DNA of 64,000 nucleotides from an uncultured Solirubrobacterales bacterium (GCA_963709205.1 CAVPVP010000001.1:100570-164569), one strand, 5' to 3'. Numbered from the stretch's first letter, positions 12,742 to 22,628 are shown. Notes: a model not told the origin generated them from the sequence alone. Numbers and translations are program-made.

Positions 12742-12795
12742 GCACGGGCCACGCTCCTTGCACGGGCCAGGCTCCTTGCACGGGCCACGCTTCTT
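12742..12795. repeat. Three tandem 18-bp repeats (GCACGGGCCACGCTCCTT)
   Basis: Read directly; one mismatch in each of copies 2 and 3. Confidence 0.85.
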
Positions 12796-12844
12796 GAGCC
12801 CGCAATGGCTTGCAAGGCCCGGGCGCTACCCCGTGTCGTCCCGA

Positions 12845-12980
12845 CTGGCACCGCCGCCGCCTCCGCGCGCGGGGCCGCCGAGTACTCGCGGCCGTCGCGC
12901 GAGGAGATCAGAATCGCGGTGAGGATGGCGCCCGCGATCGCGAAGCCCGCTGCGGCTAGGAAAGCACTTACCGCCGCGGA
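12845..12980 (-). pseudogene. Orphan last TM helix and tail of an MFS transporter
   Basis: AFLAAAGFAIAGAILTAILISSRDGRE...AAAVPVG with no upstream gene body. Confidence 0.4.
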
Positions 12981-12999
12981 GCGCTCTGTCGTGCCTGGG

Positions 13000-13497
13000 T
13001 CAGTGCATGGCCAGCGCGATCGGCCCGGTGCCGGCCGATTGGATGGCGCTCGGGTTGGTGAAGCACGTGGTGCTCCCGGGGAAGCACGGCGTAGCGGCGC
13101 CGGCCGATGCTGTCTCCGTGAATACGGCTTTGCCGCGGTGGAAGGGCGGGCCTGCCGGGTCGGCGTAAATCGTGATTGGAATCGTGCTCTGACTCCCGTC
13201 ACACGGGAACAGGAACGTCGGCGAGAAGCTGCTCGTGAGGCCAGTCCCGTGGGCTATGGCTTTACCGGCGGCCTGCTCGACCTGTACGTTGATGTTCTCG
13301 GAGTCGAGCGTGAGCGTTGGGTCAAATGGCGAGCACGTCACCGTCACCGGCTCCGTTATTGCCACGCGTCCCGTGATGCTCGGCGTTTCGGGGGTTATCG
13401 TCAATGCGTCTGCCGCTGACGCCATCGCTGCAAAGGCAGCCAGGACTGCAGCGGCTGCGGGCAGGATGCGACCGATTCTGATCTGTTTGTCGACCAT
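13000..13497 (-). CDS. Secreted hypothetical protein
   Basis: Signal peptide ending ASA-AD; beta-rich with 4 Cys; RBS AGGAG. Confidence 0.7.
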   Translation of the reverse strand: MVDKQIRIGRILPAAAAVLAAFAAMASAADALTITPETPSITGRVAITEPVTVTCSPFDPTLTLDSENINVQVEQAAGKAIAHGTGLTSSFSPTFLFPCDGSQSTIPITIYADPAGPPFHRGKAVFTETASAGAATPCFPGSTTCFTNPSAIQSAGTGPIALAMH

Positions 13498-14268
13498 TTC
13501 TTCTCCTGTTGTCCTGTCGAGTGGCGTGCGAGAATCGAGATCGGGCGGTTCGTATCGACCGATCGTTACTAGTAGTCTTCAGTCGATTGACACCTCCCCT
13601 TGGTCGGCAGCGGCGCTGGGCAATCGAGTCCGCCGGTCTGCTCATCGTGCGGTGACGGCTCGTAATGATCGCTCCGCGCTGGCCGGCTGCAATCGCACCA
13701 TGGGGGAGTTATTGACACCATCGCGCTGGCCGAATTGCCACCGAGACGTTCACGTCACCTAGCGGCGCGCCCTCCAGCTGGCCCGCGGTCCGGCTCACAC
13801 TAGCGGCTAGTGACAACCTGGTCGGCCCTCGGCGCCGCGCGTCACTATTGTTTTCGACGAGCAGCGATCGGGGCCGAGCGACCGCGCCCGGCTACCCCTC
13901 GCCGCCAAGACGAGACCAGCCTTCCAGCTGGCGCGGCAATCGCGTTGCTCGTCGTCTCGCCGCCATCCGACGCGCGCTTGCCTTGGGGACGGACTGGCTA
14001 CGCCGAGTCTCGCGTAGGCGTGGCCGTAGCCGTCCGATACCGCTCGCGCTGTCAGGGCGTTGGTGCGCCCCCGGACGGGTCCGTTCGCAAAGGCCTGCGC
14101 CCGGCATTGGCGCCGATGCACTCCTCCCGGCGCCTCGCGAAGCGGCATCCGGCCGGATCCGGCTGAGCGATGGCGGTGCGGCGGCGCCGTTGCCGGAGCT
14201 CGACCTGCATGGGCGGAGCGAGCCTGGTGACCGACGGCCGCATACAGACCGAGGTTGCTGGCCATCGC

Positions 14269-14979
14269 TTACGCCGCGGCTTGGGCTTCTCGTATGGCTG
14301 CGCTTGCCGGTAGCAGGGAGGCTTCCATCGCCGGCACGGGGTGCGGCACGGCGGGACCGTGACCGACGACGAGCAGGGTCGGCGCGAGTCTCGTGAGTTC
14401 CTTAGCGGATTCGAGGTCCTTTGCCTTGTCCCAGGTCGCCATCTGGGCGAGGGGGAAGCGGAGGTAGAAGTGGTTTGTGACCTGCACCCTGCCGATTGAC
14501 GTGAAGACGTCGCCGGCGATCAGCGACCGGTCGCGGGTGTCGAGAAAGGCGACGTGTCCCGGGCTGTGTCCGGGGCACGCGATGACTCTGAGGCTGCCGA
14601 CCTGGTCGCGGTCTTGCAGAGCAATGTCGGGCCTGGTGGTGACCTTGGGCCAGCTGCCGGGCAGCTTGCCCTCCACGACCTGTTCGCCTGCCTGAATTCG
14701 AGCGTCGAGCTCGGGGATGAGGACCTCGACCTCCTTGCCGAGTCTCTCCTTCAGCGCGTCCAGCGAGCCGGCATGGTCTCCGTGGCCGTGAGTGAGCGCG
14801 ACTCGGCGGATCTTGCCCCCGGCGCGGGACGCGGCGGCGACAATCTTGTCGGCGGCGCCGCGGGTCGTCGTGTCGATCAACGTGAACCCGTCGTCTTCGC
14901 GCACAAGATAGGCGTTGGGTAACACGAGATTGCGGCGGGTGAGCATGATCAGGTTTTCGCTAACAAGCGTGGTCTTCAT
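14269..14979 (-). CDS. MBL-fold metallo-hydrolase
   Basis: THGHGDHAG, PGHSPGH, AGD, GHG. Confidence 0.88.
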   Translation of the reverse strand: MKTTLVSENLIMLTRRNLVLPNAYLVREDDGFTLIDTTTRGAADKIVAAASRAGGKIRRVALTHGHGDHAGSLDALKERLGKEVEVLIPELDARIQAGEQVVEGKLPGSWPKVTTRPDIALQDRDQVGSLRVIACPGHSPGHVAFLDTRDRSLIAGDVFTSIGRVQVTNHFYLRFPLAQMATWDKAKDLESAKELTRLAPTLLVVGHGPAVPHPVPAMEASLLPASAAIREAQAAA

Positions 14980-15086
14980 GGAGATCCTCTGTGTGGAATC
15001 GTGGTTGGGGCTTGGTGGGTCCGATTGCTGTGGATCTGCTACCGCCGGCCGGGATGCTCGCGGCCGGGTGGTGGCAAACGATTGAC

Positions 15087-15451
15087 TTAGGGGGCAGGGC
15101 CGATCTCGGCAAATCCGTGGACGTTGCGGATCCGGCCGTCCTCGGTGACGATCACGTCGAAGCCGACGTACGTGTCGGGCTTGTGGTCGGGACCGGCGTG
15201 CCACTGGAACCTGGCCTGGTTGTGGTGCGCGTCGATTGGGCTGCCGAGCGTGAATGTGAGCCCTGGGAGGCGCTCCTGCGTTTGCGCGATAAGCCGTCGA
15301 TTTGGTCGACTCCCTGCAGATCGACGTGCGCGTCTGTGTAGGTGCAATCAGCCGTGTAGAGCGCGCTGAGCAGCTCTCGCCGGCGATCGGCGTGGGCCTC
15401 GTTGAACACGTCGAGGTAGCGCGTCACGAGTGCGTGTACGTCCGGCATCAT
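15087..15451 (-). pseudogene. SnoaL/NTF2-like protein, frameshifted
   Basis: YLDVFNE...YTADCTYTD continues in another frame as IAQTQERLPGLTF...RFQW...DGRIRNVHGF; shift near 15295. Confidence 0.75.
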
Positions 15452-15659
15452 TCTTCCTATCCGGTGGTTGGCAGCTGTCCAAGAGGATGGAGCCGAACCG
15501 GCCGTCCGTCGATTACCTCCGGGATAAGCAAGGCGATCACGCTCGGTTTACTCGCCCGCCGTGCCCGGACGGGGGCTGGCCTCCAGGCCGTCTGACCATT
15601 CGTTGAGCGCGCGACCCGGCCATTGAGGCTCAGCCTCCTCCGTAGCCGATGTTGCGGAT

Positions 15660-16474
15660 GTGCCCGCCCGCCAGCTCGAGATCCGTCGAGACGACGCATG
15701 TGTGGCCTGTGGCGCCGGACTAGCCGCCGGGACGACGGCCTGGTGGGACTCGGAGGCGCGCACCGTGACCTGCACGACATGCCTGGACAGCGCGGACCGA
15801 TCGCTTATGCCCGCTCAGGCATCGCTCCAACGGGGAGATCCTGGGGCGAGCTTGGTGCGCGAGTACGAGCGTCGCAAGCGCAACCGCGAACAGCGCACGC
15901 AAGAGGCGCATCCCCGCATCGGCGGCCTGCTTCTCGCCCTCCGGAGCGCGCCGCAGCATGAATCCGCCTTCCACCAGGGCGCGGTTGCCGAACGCGCGGT
16001 CGCCGACTCGATGGCGATGCGCACCGACTCCGATCGGGTCATCACCCTGCACAACCGCCGCATGCCTTCCGGCCGCGGAGACATCGACCACCTCGCCATC
16101 GCACCTACCGGCGTCTGGGTCATCGACACCAAAGACTGGAAGGGCAAGGTCGCGATCAGTTCCCCCTGGTTCGGAAAGCCTCGCTTGCTCATCCGTGGCC
16201 GCGACTGCACCAAGCTCATCGACGGGCTCGAGCGACAGACGGCCGCTGTCCGCGCCGCTCGACGGCAGCGGCTATGGCGAGATCGCGGCTCGAGGCGCTC
16301 TCTGCTTCACAAAGGCCGACCTCCCATCCTTGAGGACCCAAGCCTTTCGCGCGCCACCTGCTTCTGTACCGCAGGGCGCTCGCCCAGCGGCTCAACGCCG
16401 ACGGTCCTCCTTCTTCAGTGAGCATCGAGCAGCTCGCGCGACACCCGGCAACACTTCTTCCTCCGGCACGCTAA
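15660..16474 (+). pseudogene. NERD-domain nuclease with N-terminal CxxC-CxxC Zn ribbon; two frameshifts near the C-terminus
   Basis: CVAC...CTTC; GAVAE, LHNRR, DIDHLAIAPTGVWVIDTKDWKG; shifts near 16255 and 16350. Confidence 0.75.
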
Positions 16475-16814
16475 ACGCCACCCGGCAGAAGCGGGTGCCC
16501 CTCAGGCAATATCGCCGTGCGTCCCACGGCTGGCTTCTCGAGCCTCGAGGCCTCGTTTTGGAGACACGTCGCTGTTACGTCGAAGTGGTTCGCGAGCCGA
16601 GGGGTTACACGGTCGGGTCGCGGAGCTACCGGACTGCTCTGCGTCGGATTTATGGGCTGGAGGGCTCCGCACCGACTTGACGACGCTCGCGGTCACGCTG
16701 AGGGACCACGACCCAGCCGCGATTGTCACCCAGGTTGTCGGGCGCGAGGCTTATATAGCGATCAACACACTTTCCCGCCCCTCACGGGCCCGGCAAGACG
16801 TGCTCGCGTGACGG

Positions 16815-18092
16815 CTAGTCACACGTGTGGTAGCGAACCTTACTGATGAGGTGGTAATGACGTTTGGTCGTTGCAACGATCTTGACGACGAGGCTTCCCG
16901 TCTTCGGCAGGCGCCGCAAGGTCACGTTGTGGAAGTGACCGGTTTTCTCACGCAGTACGTGACGGCCCTTGACGTATACGTCGATCTGCACCACGTTGTG
17001 GTGATGTCGGGCGAGGTTCCGCAGTCGCAGAAGCAGGCTCCGCTTGGCGACGCATCGGCCGTTGCCGGGTAGGCCCGTCTGAGCCGGCGGGATCGCCGTC
17101 CCGATCGAGCTAACGGGCGTGCTCTGGGGAAGCCCGTTGGACCCGCTGGAGCCCCAGCCGAGGCTCAGCTCCGAGTACCACATCTGTGCCAGCCAGTCGA
17201 CAGAGGGCTGTGCGTTCGCCGGGCACGGCAGGTAGGAGGGAACGCAGCGGAACGGATCGCTTGCGTTCGGCTTGATTAGGTCGGTGTCGAAGCCGTTGTA
17301 GATGATGAGGCCGTTGTTGGTCGCGTATGCGAGCTGAGCGCCGGCCTCGTTGTGCCCGTTCGTACCGACTGCAGCCGCGAACCACCGGGGATCGTCGGAG
17401 ACGAACAGGTTCGCATCGCCAAGCGCGTCCGTGTATTTAGCCAGCTCAGCGAGGTTGACGTAAGACGTGTCGGCGGGATTCGCGCTCATGAGGGCGCTGT
17501 CCTGAGTGATCTTCGAGGTGCCCGATGTGAGGCCGCAGTTGGTGCAACTCGCGCCGATCCTGGACGAGTAGGGCCCCGGCAACAGCCAGGAGTAGTCGTT
17601 GCCGGTCGTCTCGTCGGAGTCATGGATGATGAGCTTGCCGCCGTTGGCCACGAACTGCGCCAGCGCAGCCTTCGCCGCTGCGCTCAATTCGGTCGTGGGC
17701 ACTTGGATCAGCGCGACCGTGTCGTACCGCGAGAGTGTGTCGGGGGTGACCTGGTTGAGCGGAACGTCGCTGAACGAAAACCTGCCGAACGACTCGTCCG
17801 GGCGCCCGCTCACGTCGGACGCGGTCGGCATCACGCCCTGCGATCCTTGGGGCGGGACCGGGCCGGCAGCCGGAATCAGACCCACGTTCGTGCTGCTCGC
17901 CATGGGCGTTGCCGCCATCGCCGACGGGACGAACATCGCCACAACCGTTACGGCTGTCGCCATAGAGACTAAGAGACGACCGACGACAAATCGACCGACT
18001 CGGCCAGGAAATACCCGGCGAGTGCCCAAAGGCGCTGGACCGCGCTTTGCCTCCGTAAAGAATCGTGCTGAGCTGCCAAGACAGCTTTTCAT
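16815..18092 (-). CDS. Secreted protein with glutamine-amidotransferase-like core and basic Cys-bounded C-terminal domain
   Basis: Signal ending SAMA; LSRYDTVAL...AQFVANGGKLII; C-terminal CVAKR...RYHTC. Confidence 0.6.
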   Translation of the reverse strand: MKSCLGSSARFFTEAKRGPAPLGTRRVFPGRVGRFVVGRLLVSMATAVTVVAMFVPSAMAATPMASSTNVGLIPAAGPVPPQGSQGVMPTASDVSGRPDESFGRFSFSDVPLNQVTPDTLSRYDTVALIQVPTTELSAAAKAALAQFVANGGKLIIHDSDETTGNDYSWLLPGPYSSRIGASCTNCGLTSGTSKITQDSALMSANPADTSYVNLAELAKYTDALGDANLFVSDDPRWFAAAVGTNGHNEAGAQLAYATNNGLIIYNGFDTDLIKPNASDPFRCVPSYLPCPANAQPSVDWLAQMWYSELSLGWGSSGSNGLPQSTPVSSIGTAIPPAQTGLPGNGRCVAKRSLLLRLRNLARHHHNVVQIDVYVKGRHVLREKTGHFHNVTLRRLPKTGSLVVKIVATTKRHYHLISKVRYHTCD

Positions 18093-18428
18093 GGTGAACC
18101 CCCTTGCGTACTTACTTAGCCCCGAGCGGTGCCTGTGCCCCGCGTTCGTCATCCGATTGCAGCCGTTCGGTCCATCGCAGACGGCCACAACGCGGACCAT
18201 AACAAAATTCTTACACTATTCAACCCCTCGTGATTACGAACCGGTACGGTCCGAACGGAGTCGTGTAGAGGGGGAGACCGTTTGCCGCACACGGTCGGCT
18301 GCGTCATTTCGCCCGGTCGCTCGGCCGACCTAAGATCAGCTGCGCGCGATAGCCGGACTCGAATCGGCGACTCCCGGGGTGCGAGACGGGCAACGCGGGC
18401 GCGCGCGACCGTCCGGTGGCAGTAGCTG

Positions 18429-19670
18429 CTAGAGGCGAAGACCGTTCCGGGGGATGATCGGCAGCAAGCTGCCTGCCTGACCGCGTCGCGCGCGTTCATC
18501 CCATCCGGGTGATGCCGTCGTCAGCCGGGTCGGTGAACCTGAACCCGAAGGGATCCCGCACAGGGATGTCCGGCAACACGTACGGAGGACAGACCCTGAA
18601 TGGAACTTGGAGAGGACGTGTCCGTCGCGGGTGAAGCGGTAGTCGGGATTCAGCTCGAGGTACCAGCTGCCGTCGAGGCGCTGAAACTGGCCTCGGAACC
18701 CAAGGTGACGGTAGAAGCGGATGCCACCGTCACGCTTGCGATAGGCACCAAACACCCGGCGCCCGGGTGAACTGCTCGTCGGATTGGGGAGCCGGACGTC
18801 GGAGAGATCTTCGGTGGCGCGAAAGTAGAACAGCCGCTCCCGACGGTCGTAGGCCATCATGTCCCGGACCTTCTCTCCCAGCGCGCGGCGCAAGAGCTCA
18901 GCGAACTCGTGCTCGCGAACGGGATCATCGGAGTCCGCCCACTCGATGGCGGAGAAGCGCTCCGCCCCCGCCGTATCGCAAAGCTCCTGCCAGACGGGTT
19001 CCTTGAGGGGGCGAAAGCTATGGAGCTGACCGGCACGGACGAAGCACTCGACGCCGACGCCGGCGTCGCGGAGGATCTCCTCGACCTCCCACATCTCGTT
19101 GACCACGGCCGGTGCAACCCACAGACTGTGGGGATGCTCGATGACCGGGAGCAAGTTGCTGAGCAGTTCCTCGGTGCGAGCCGGCGGCGGGATGTTCAGC
19201 CCAGCAGCGCGGGGCACCGCGACGGCTGCGAGCGCGGCTGCCGCGGACTGGTCGAAGACATCGCTGCGCTTGTTGAACACCACCCTCCGGTCAGCGCGTC
19301 CCTCAGAGCTGCGGAAGTAGGCGGTGACGTCCTTCCAGAACGCGATCTGGCGGGCGACGTCGGAGCACACGAGTACGACCGGGACATTGCTCGCCACCCA
19401 GTCGGCGATGTCGCGTTCCTTGCAGGGGTAATCGAAGCTGGTCTCGCTCTCGTGCTGCCAGGCGCGGCCGTTGCGAGTCGCCTTGCTCTGCAGGCGAAAG
19501 ACCGTCGACAGCATCTCGCCCGAGCTCGGGTCCCGCAGCTCGACGAAACCATCGGTGCCGGCCTCAACTGCACCCGTCTCGTGGAAGAGGAAGCCGATCT
19601 CGGCGAGTCGCAGGCCGACCAGCGAGATCCCTGCCTTGCCGATCATGTCGCTATTGGTCAGCTTCTTCAT
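18429..19670 (-). CDS. DUF4365 (DREN)-APAZ protein, SPARDA-type effector, C-terminally truncated near 18600
   Basis: N-terminal PD-(D/E)XK: IGKAG...EAGTDGFVELRD...LQSKAT; APAZ-like EELLSNLLP, LFYF, FYRHLGF..QFQRLDGSWYLELNPDYRFTRDG; last 56 aa look non-homologous. Confidence 0.7.
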   Translation of the reverse strand: MKKLTNSDMIGKAGISLVGLRLAEIGFLFHETGAVEAGTDGFVELRDPSSGEMLSTVFRLQSKATRNGRAWQHESETSFDYPCKERDIADWVASNVPVVLVCSDVARQIAFWKDVTAYFRSSEGRADRRVVFNKRSDVFDQSAAAALAAVAVPRAAGLNIPPPARTEELLSNLLPVIEHPHSLWVAPAVVNEMWEVEEILRDAGVGVECFVRAGQLHSFRPLKEPVWQELCDTAGAERFSAIEWADSDDPVREHEFAELLRRALGEKVRDMMAYDRRERLFYFRATEDLSDVRLPNPTSSSPGRRVFGAYRKRDGGIRFYRHLGFRGQFQRLDGSWYLELNPDYRFTRDGHVLSKFHSGSVLRTCCRTSLCGIPSGSGSPTRLTTASPGWDERARRGQAGSLLPIIPRNGLRL

Positions 19671-19748
19671 CGCCCTAAGCGTCGCATGCGCTCCGGCGGG
19701 AAACGGGCCGTCAGCGGGCGTTATCGACGGACTCGGTGGGTCTGGCCG

Positions 19749-20819
19749 TCAGGACAGGTCGAAGTCCGCCTGCGGAAGCCCGACGTCATGCTCCAATAGA
19801 CGTAGGGCGTCGGAGGGGCTGTCCGCGCGCAGAGTGGAGAAGGGAAGATCGGCGGGTCCGCTAGCTCCGTCCTCGACGTAGAGGAACTCCTGGCCTGGAA
19901 TCAGAGACGTGACGACGTTGTGCCCGGCCTTGGTGAGCCGCGCAGCCGCAGTCCCGAGCCAGATCGCTGGATAGCTTGAGCGATGCACACTGCGGTCGAG
20001 CGGGTCGAGCGACCAGGCGGATCTGCCCTCGGGCGGCGGACGCTCATCGCTTACCGGAACAGCACCAATCACCTGACCGAACAGCACGATCATCAGGAGT
20101 GCGGCGCTGTCGTGGAATTCGACCCAGAGGCGGTGTTTGGGAGGTTCGTAGGGCCACACCGGCTCCACGGGCGGATAGTGGGTGCGCTGAGCGAATCTTG
20201 GCGGCGCGTCATTCAGAAGATCGTCACTGAGTACGGCCGCTTGGCGAGTGTCGAGCCAGTGATCTCCGTATAGCTCTCGTGCCGCCGCGAGGCCGACTTT
20301 CGCCATGAACCTCGACCAGGCCGGTGGAGGCGTCGGCTTGGCAGCGAACTCTTGCGCGGCGCGGGCGAGCGTCAGCCCCTCCTGCATATCCGACTCGGGG
20401 ATCCCGAGGAGCTCGGCGGTGATCGCGCGGAGCGTCTGCTGGTCGGCGTCCGAGGCGATTCCGAGCGCTTCCCGGGTGGCGGGCGTCATCGCGGCCTCTA
20501 GCTCGACTCCAGATTGGTTGATGGTGACCTGTATGACTCCGCCTTGCGGGACCCGGACCGAGAATCGGCAGGCGTCAGGGACCTCACGGTGACGCCGGTC
20601 CGAGATCTGGTAGGCGTTGCGGAGAAATACGACCAGCGGGTCTGTGGCAATCAGCTGATCTGCGACACGGTTGCTCGTCGTCTCGCATGTCGCGCAGATT
20701 TGCGGGTCCACCCAGTCGCCACCGATGCTGGCCGGGATGACGTGGTCGCCCTGGTGAGCGAATGCGCTCTTCTCTTTGCGTACTCGGCAGTACGTACAGC
20801 GGGTCCGTGATTGGGTCAT
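19749..20819 (-). CDS. HNH endonuclease-domain protein (N-terminal Zn/HNH, unknown C-terminal region)
   Basis: CTYC...DHVIPASIGG...ICATC...N; later RFMAKVGL helix. Confidence 0.75.
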   Translation of the reverse strand: MTQSRTRCTYCRVRKEKSAFAHQGDHVIPASIGGDWVDPQICATCETTSNRVADQLIATDPLVVFLRNAYQISDRRHREVPDACRFSVRVPQGGVIQVTINQSGVELEAAMTPATREALGIASDADQQTLRAITAELLGIPESDMQEGLTLARAAQEFAAKPTPPPAWSRFMAKVGLAAARELYGDHWLDTRQAAVLSDDLLNDAPPRFAQRTHYPPVEPVWPYEPPKHRLWVEFHDSAALLMIVLFGQVIGAVPVSDERPPPEGRSAWSLDPLDRSVHRSSYPAIWLGTAAARLTKAGHNVVTSLIPGQEFLYVEDGASGPADLPFSTLRADSPSDALRLLEHDVGLPQADFDLS

Positions 20820-20855
20820 TGCAGGCTGATGGGGTGGGGTGAGCGTGAGTGCGCG

Positions 20856-21737
20856 TCAATGGCCCCTGAGCCCGGGAACGAGGATGCCCGTCACCATCGC
20901 GATCAGGTGGTTCTGGGTAAAGCGATCGCGTCTGTTTCGGAGGTACATGATCTTGCTCCACTGCATGGAGCTGAATTGCGGCTTCTGTGCGAGGTCGTCG
21001 ATCAGCGCGTCGATGCCGGTAAACGGGGCATAGATGCTTGGCTGGAGCTGCTTCATCGCTGCGAGCTTGCCGTCGAGGACGTCGCGTGCACGCGGATAGC
21101 TGAGATCGATCAGCTGGTCCTCGCCAGGCCGGGAGACGAGGGCGATGTAGGCGAGGTCGGCGTAGTGCTTGACCTGGCGGTGCACGCACCACCCGAGGAT
21201 CTTCTCGGCGACCGTCTCGTGCGGTTCCATGATGTAGACGAGCGGATCGTCGTTCCAGATGCCGAGGTCGTACGGAACTTTGAGGGGGACCTCGAGGCCG
21301 TCGAGCAGCATGCCCCGGAAGGAGACGTCGGCCTTGAAGCTGCGATCGTCCGGGTCGGGGATCAGCGAGCTGAAGATGGGCGTGAACTCGACGGGCGCGG
21401 ATTTCCAGGCGGTCCCGCCTTCGTCGTGCGGAACGAGGTCGGCCGGGGTGATCTCGAGCTCATCATCGCTGTAGGCTAGCTTTGCTTTCATCGCGGTGGC
21501 CGGGTTGACGGTGTCGGAAGAGGTCGAAAAGTCGGCGTCGTAGACCGTGAAGCGGGGGCTGTCGAAACAGCGCAGCGCCATCGAGCCGGCGAGCACGCTG
21601 CGCGAGGAGAAGAAGTCTTGAGACTTGAGGTTGAGCACCTCCACGATGCGAACGAGATCGCGCACGAGGACGGGTTCGGGAATATCCTGGCGCTCGGCTT
21701 CGCCGGCGATGCTGCGGTCGTCGGGGTAGTCGATCAT
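20856..21737 (-). CDS. AbiEii/AbiGii-like nucleotidyltransferase toxin (type IV TA)
   Basis: VLAGSMAL, RFTVYDADFS, ETVAEKI, KHYADL; ATGA overlap with the upstream antitoxin. Confidence 0.75.
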   Translation of the reverse strand: MIDYPDDRSIAGEAERQDIPEPVLVRDLVRIVEVLNLKSQDFFSSRSVLAGSMALRCFDSPRFTVYDADFSTSSDTVNPATAMKAKLAYSDDELEITPADLVPHDEGGTAWKSAPVEFTPIFSSLIPDPDDRSFKADVSFRGMLLDGLEVPLKVPYDLGIWNDDPLVYIMEPHETVAEKILGWCVHRQVKHYADLAYIALVSRPGEDQLIDLSYPRARDVLDGKLAAMKQLQPSIYAPFTGIDALIDDLAQKPQFSSMQWSKIMYLRNRRDRFTQNHLIAMVTGILVPGLRGH

Positions 21738-22621
21738 GACGCCGCGCTCACCCAGCCGCGAAGATGGTCTGAGGGCACATTGACCAGCACACCGGTTTCA
21801 CGATCGCGGGTCATCTCCCCCGGGCTCATCGCAAAGCTGTCGCTGCGGTCGAGCGGTGTGTTGGCCCCGCGGCCCGTGAGGCCGGGGAAGTTCCGCTTGG
21901 CGACGGTGTCGAGATTGAGTAGTCGCAACAGGTAGGCGCAACGTCGCTGCATGCTCTGACCACGGCGTTTCGCGATGGCGCAGACCAGGTCCCAGTCGAG
22001 GTCCGTCTGGCGGGCGCGCGCCCAGCAGCTGACGACGGTCTCAATCCCGGCGGCGAGCTCGGGACGGGAGAGGCTGTCGAGGAGCGCGCGTTCGATAGAG
22101 GCGCGCCAGATGAACTCCTTAGCGTCGGCAAGTGCGCGGACCCGGACCAGTTCTCTGTCCGGGTCGGCCGGCCAGTTGGAGCGGTTGAGGCGGACCAGCT
22201 GCAGCGTTCCATCCGGAAGCTCGAACGATGTCTCGCCGAAAGTGCTGTTCGTGGGGATCGCGGCGTAGATCGTCGTGGAGTGCAGATCCGTAAGGCGATA
22301 GTCGATCAGCGCGGTGAGATAACTGATGAAGTACTCGCCGCGGGAGCCGAGAAGCAGTCCCGTGATCAGTTCCGCCGACGCGACCTGTGTCGGCGAGAAT
22401 GTGCCGCGCGTTGCGACGACGTAACGGCCGCGACCAACCCGGTACAAGAGCTCGTTTTCGGCCATGCTCTTGAGCAGTCCCCCGGGGTCCTTTGTCCAGC
22501 GCGACAGCCAGTCGCGGTCCTCCGCGATATTGATTGACCGCCGGCGTGAATCGGCGAGCTCCTCAAGGACGCGCGCCGCGACTGGACCTGCGGTACGCAG
22601 AGGCTTGTCGTCGGATGGCAT
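21734..22621 (-). CDS. AbiEi-like antitoxin / transcriptional regulator (type IV TA)
   Basis: wHTH LYRVGRGRYV, YFISYLTAL.DY.LTD, ASIERALLD. Confidence 0.78.
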   Translation of the reverse strand: MPSDDKPLRTAGPVAARVLEELADSRRRSINIAEDRDWLSRWTKDPGGLLKSMAENELLYRVGRGRYVVATRGTFSPTQVASAELITGLLLGSRGEYFISYLTALIDYRLTDLHSTTIYAAIPTNSTFGETSFELPDGTLQLVRLNRSNWPADPDRELVRVRALADAKEFIWRASIERALLDSLSRPELAAGIETVVSCWARARQTDLDWDLVCAIAKRRGQSMQRRCAYLLRLLNLDTVAKRNFPGLTGRGANTPLDRSDSFAMSPGEMTRDRETGVLVNVPSDHLRGWVSAAS

Positions 22622-22628
22622 GGGTGTG

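Noticed and set aside
13760-14265. Overlapping ORFs in an intergenic-looking stretch
   Set aside because: Low-complexity translations in all frames and no clear RNA motif recognised.
16815-18428. Short Argonaute downstream of DREN-APAZ
   Set aside because: The downstream ORF has a signal peptide and no MID/PIWI motifs.
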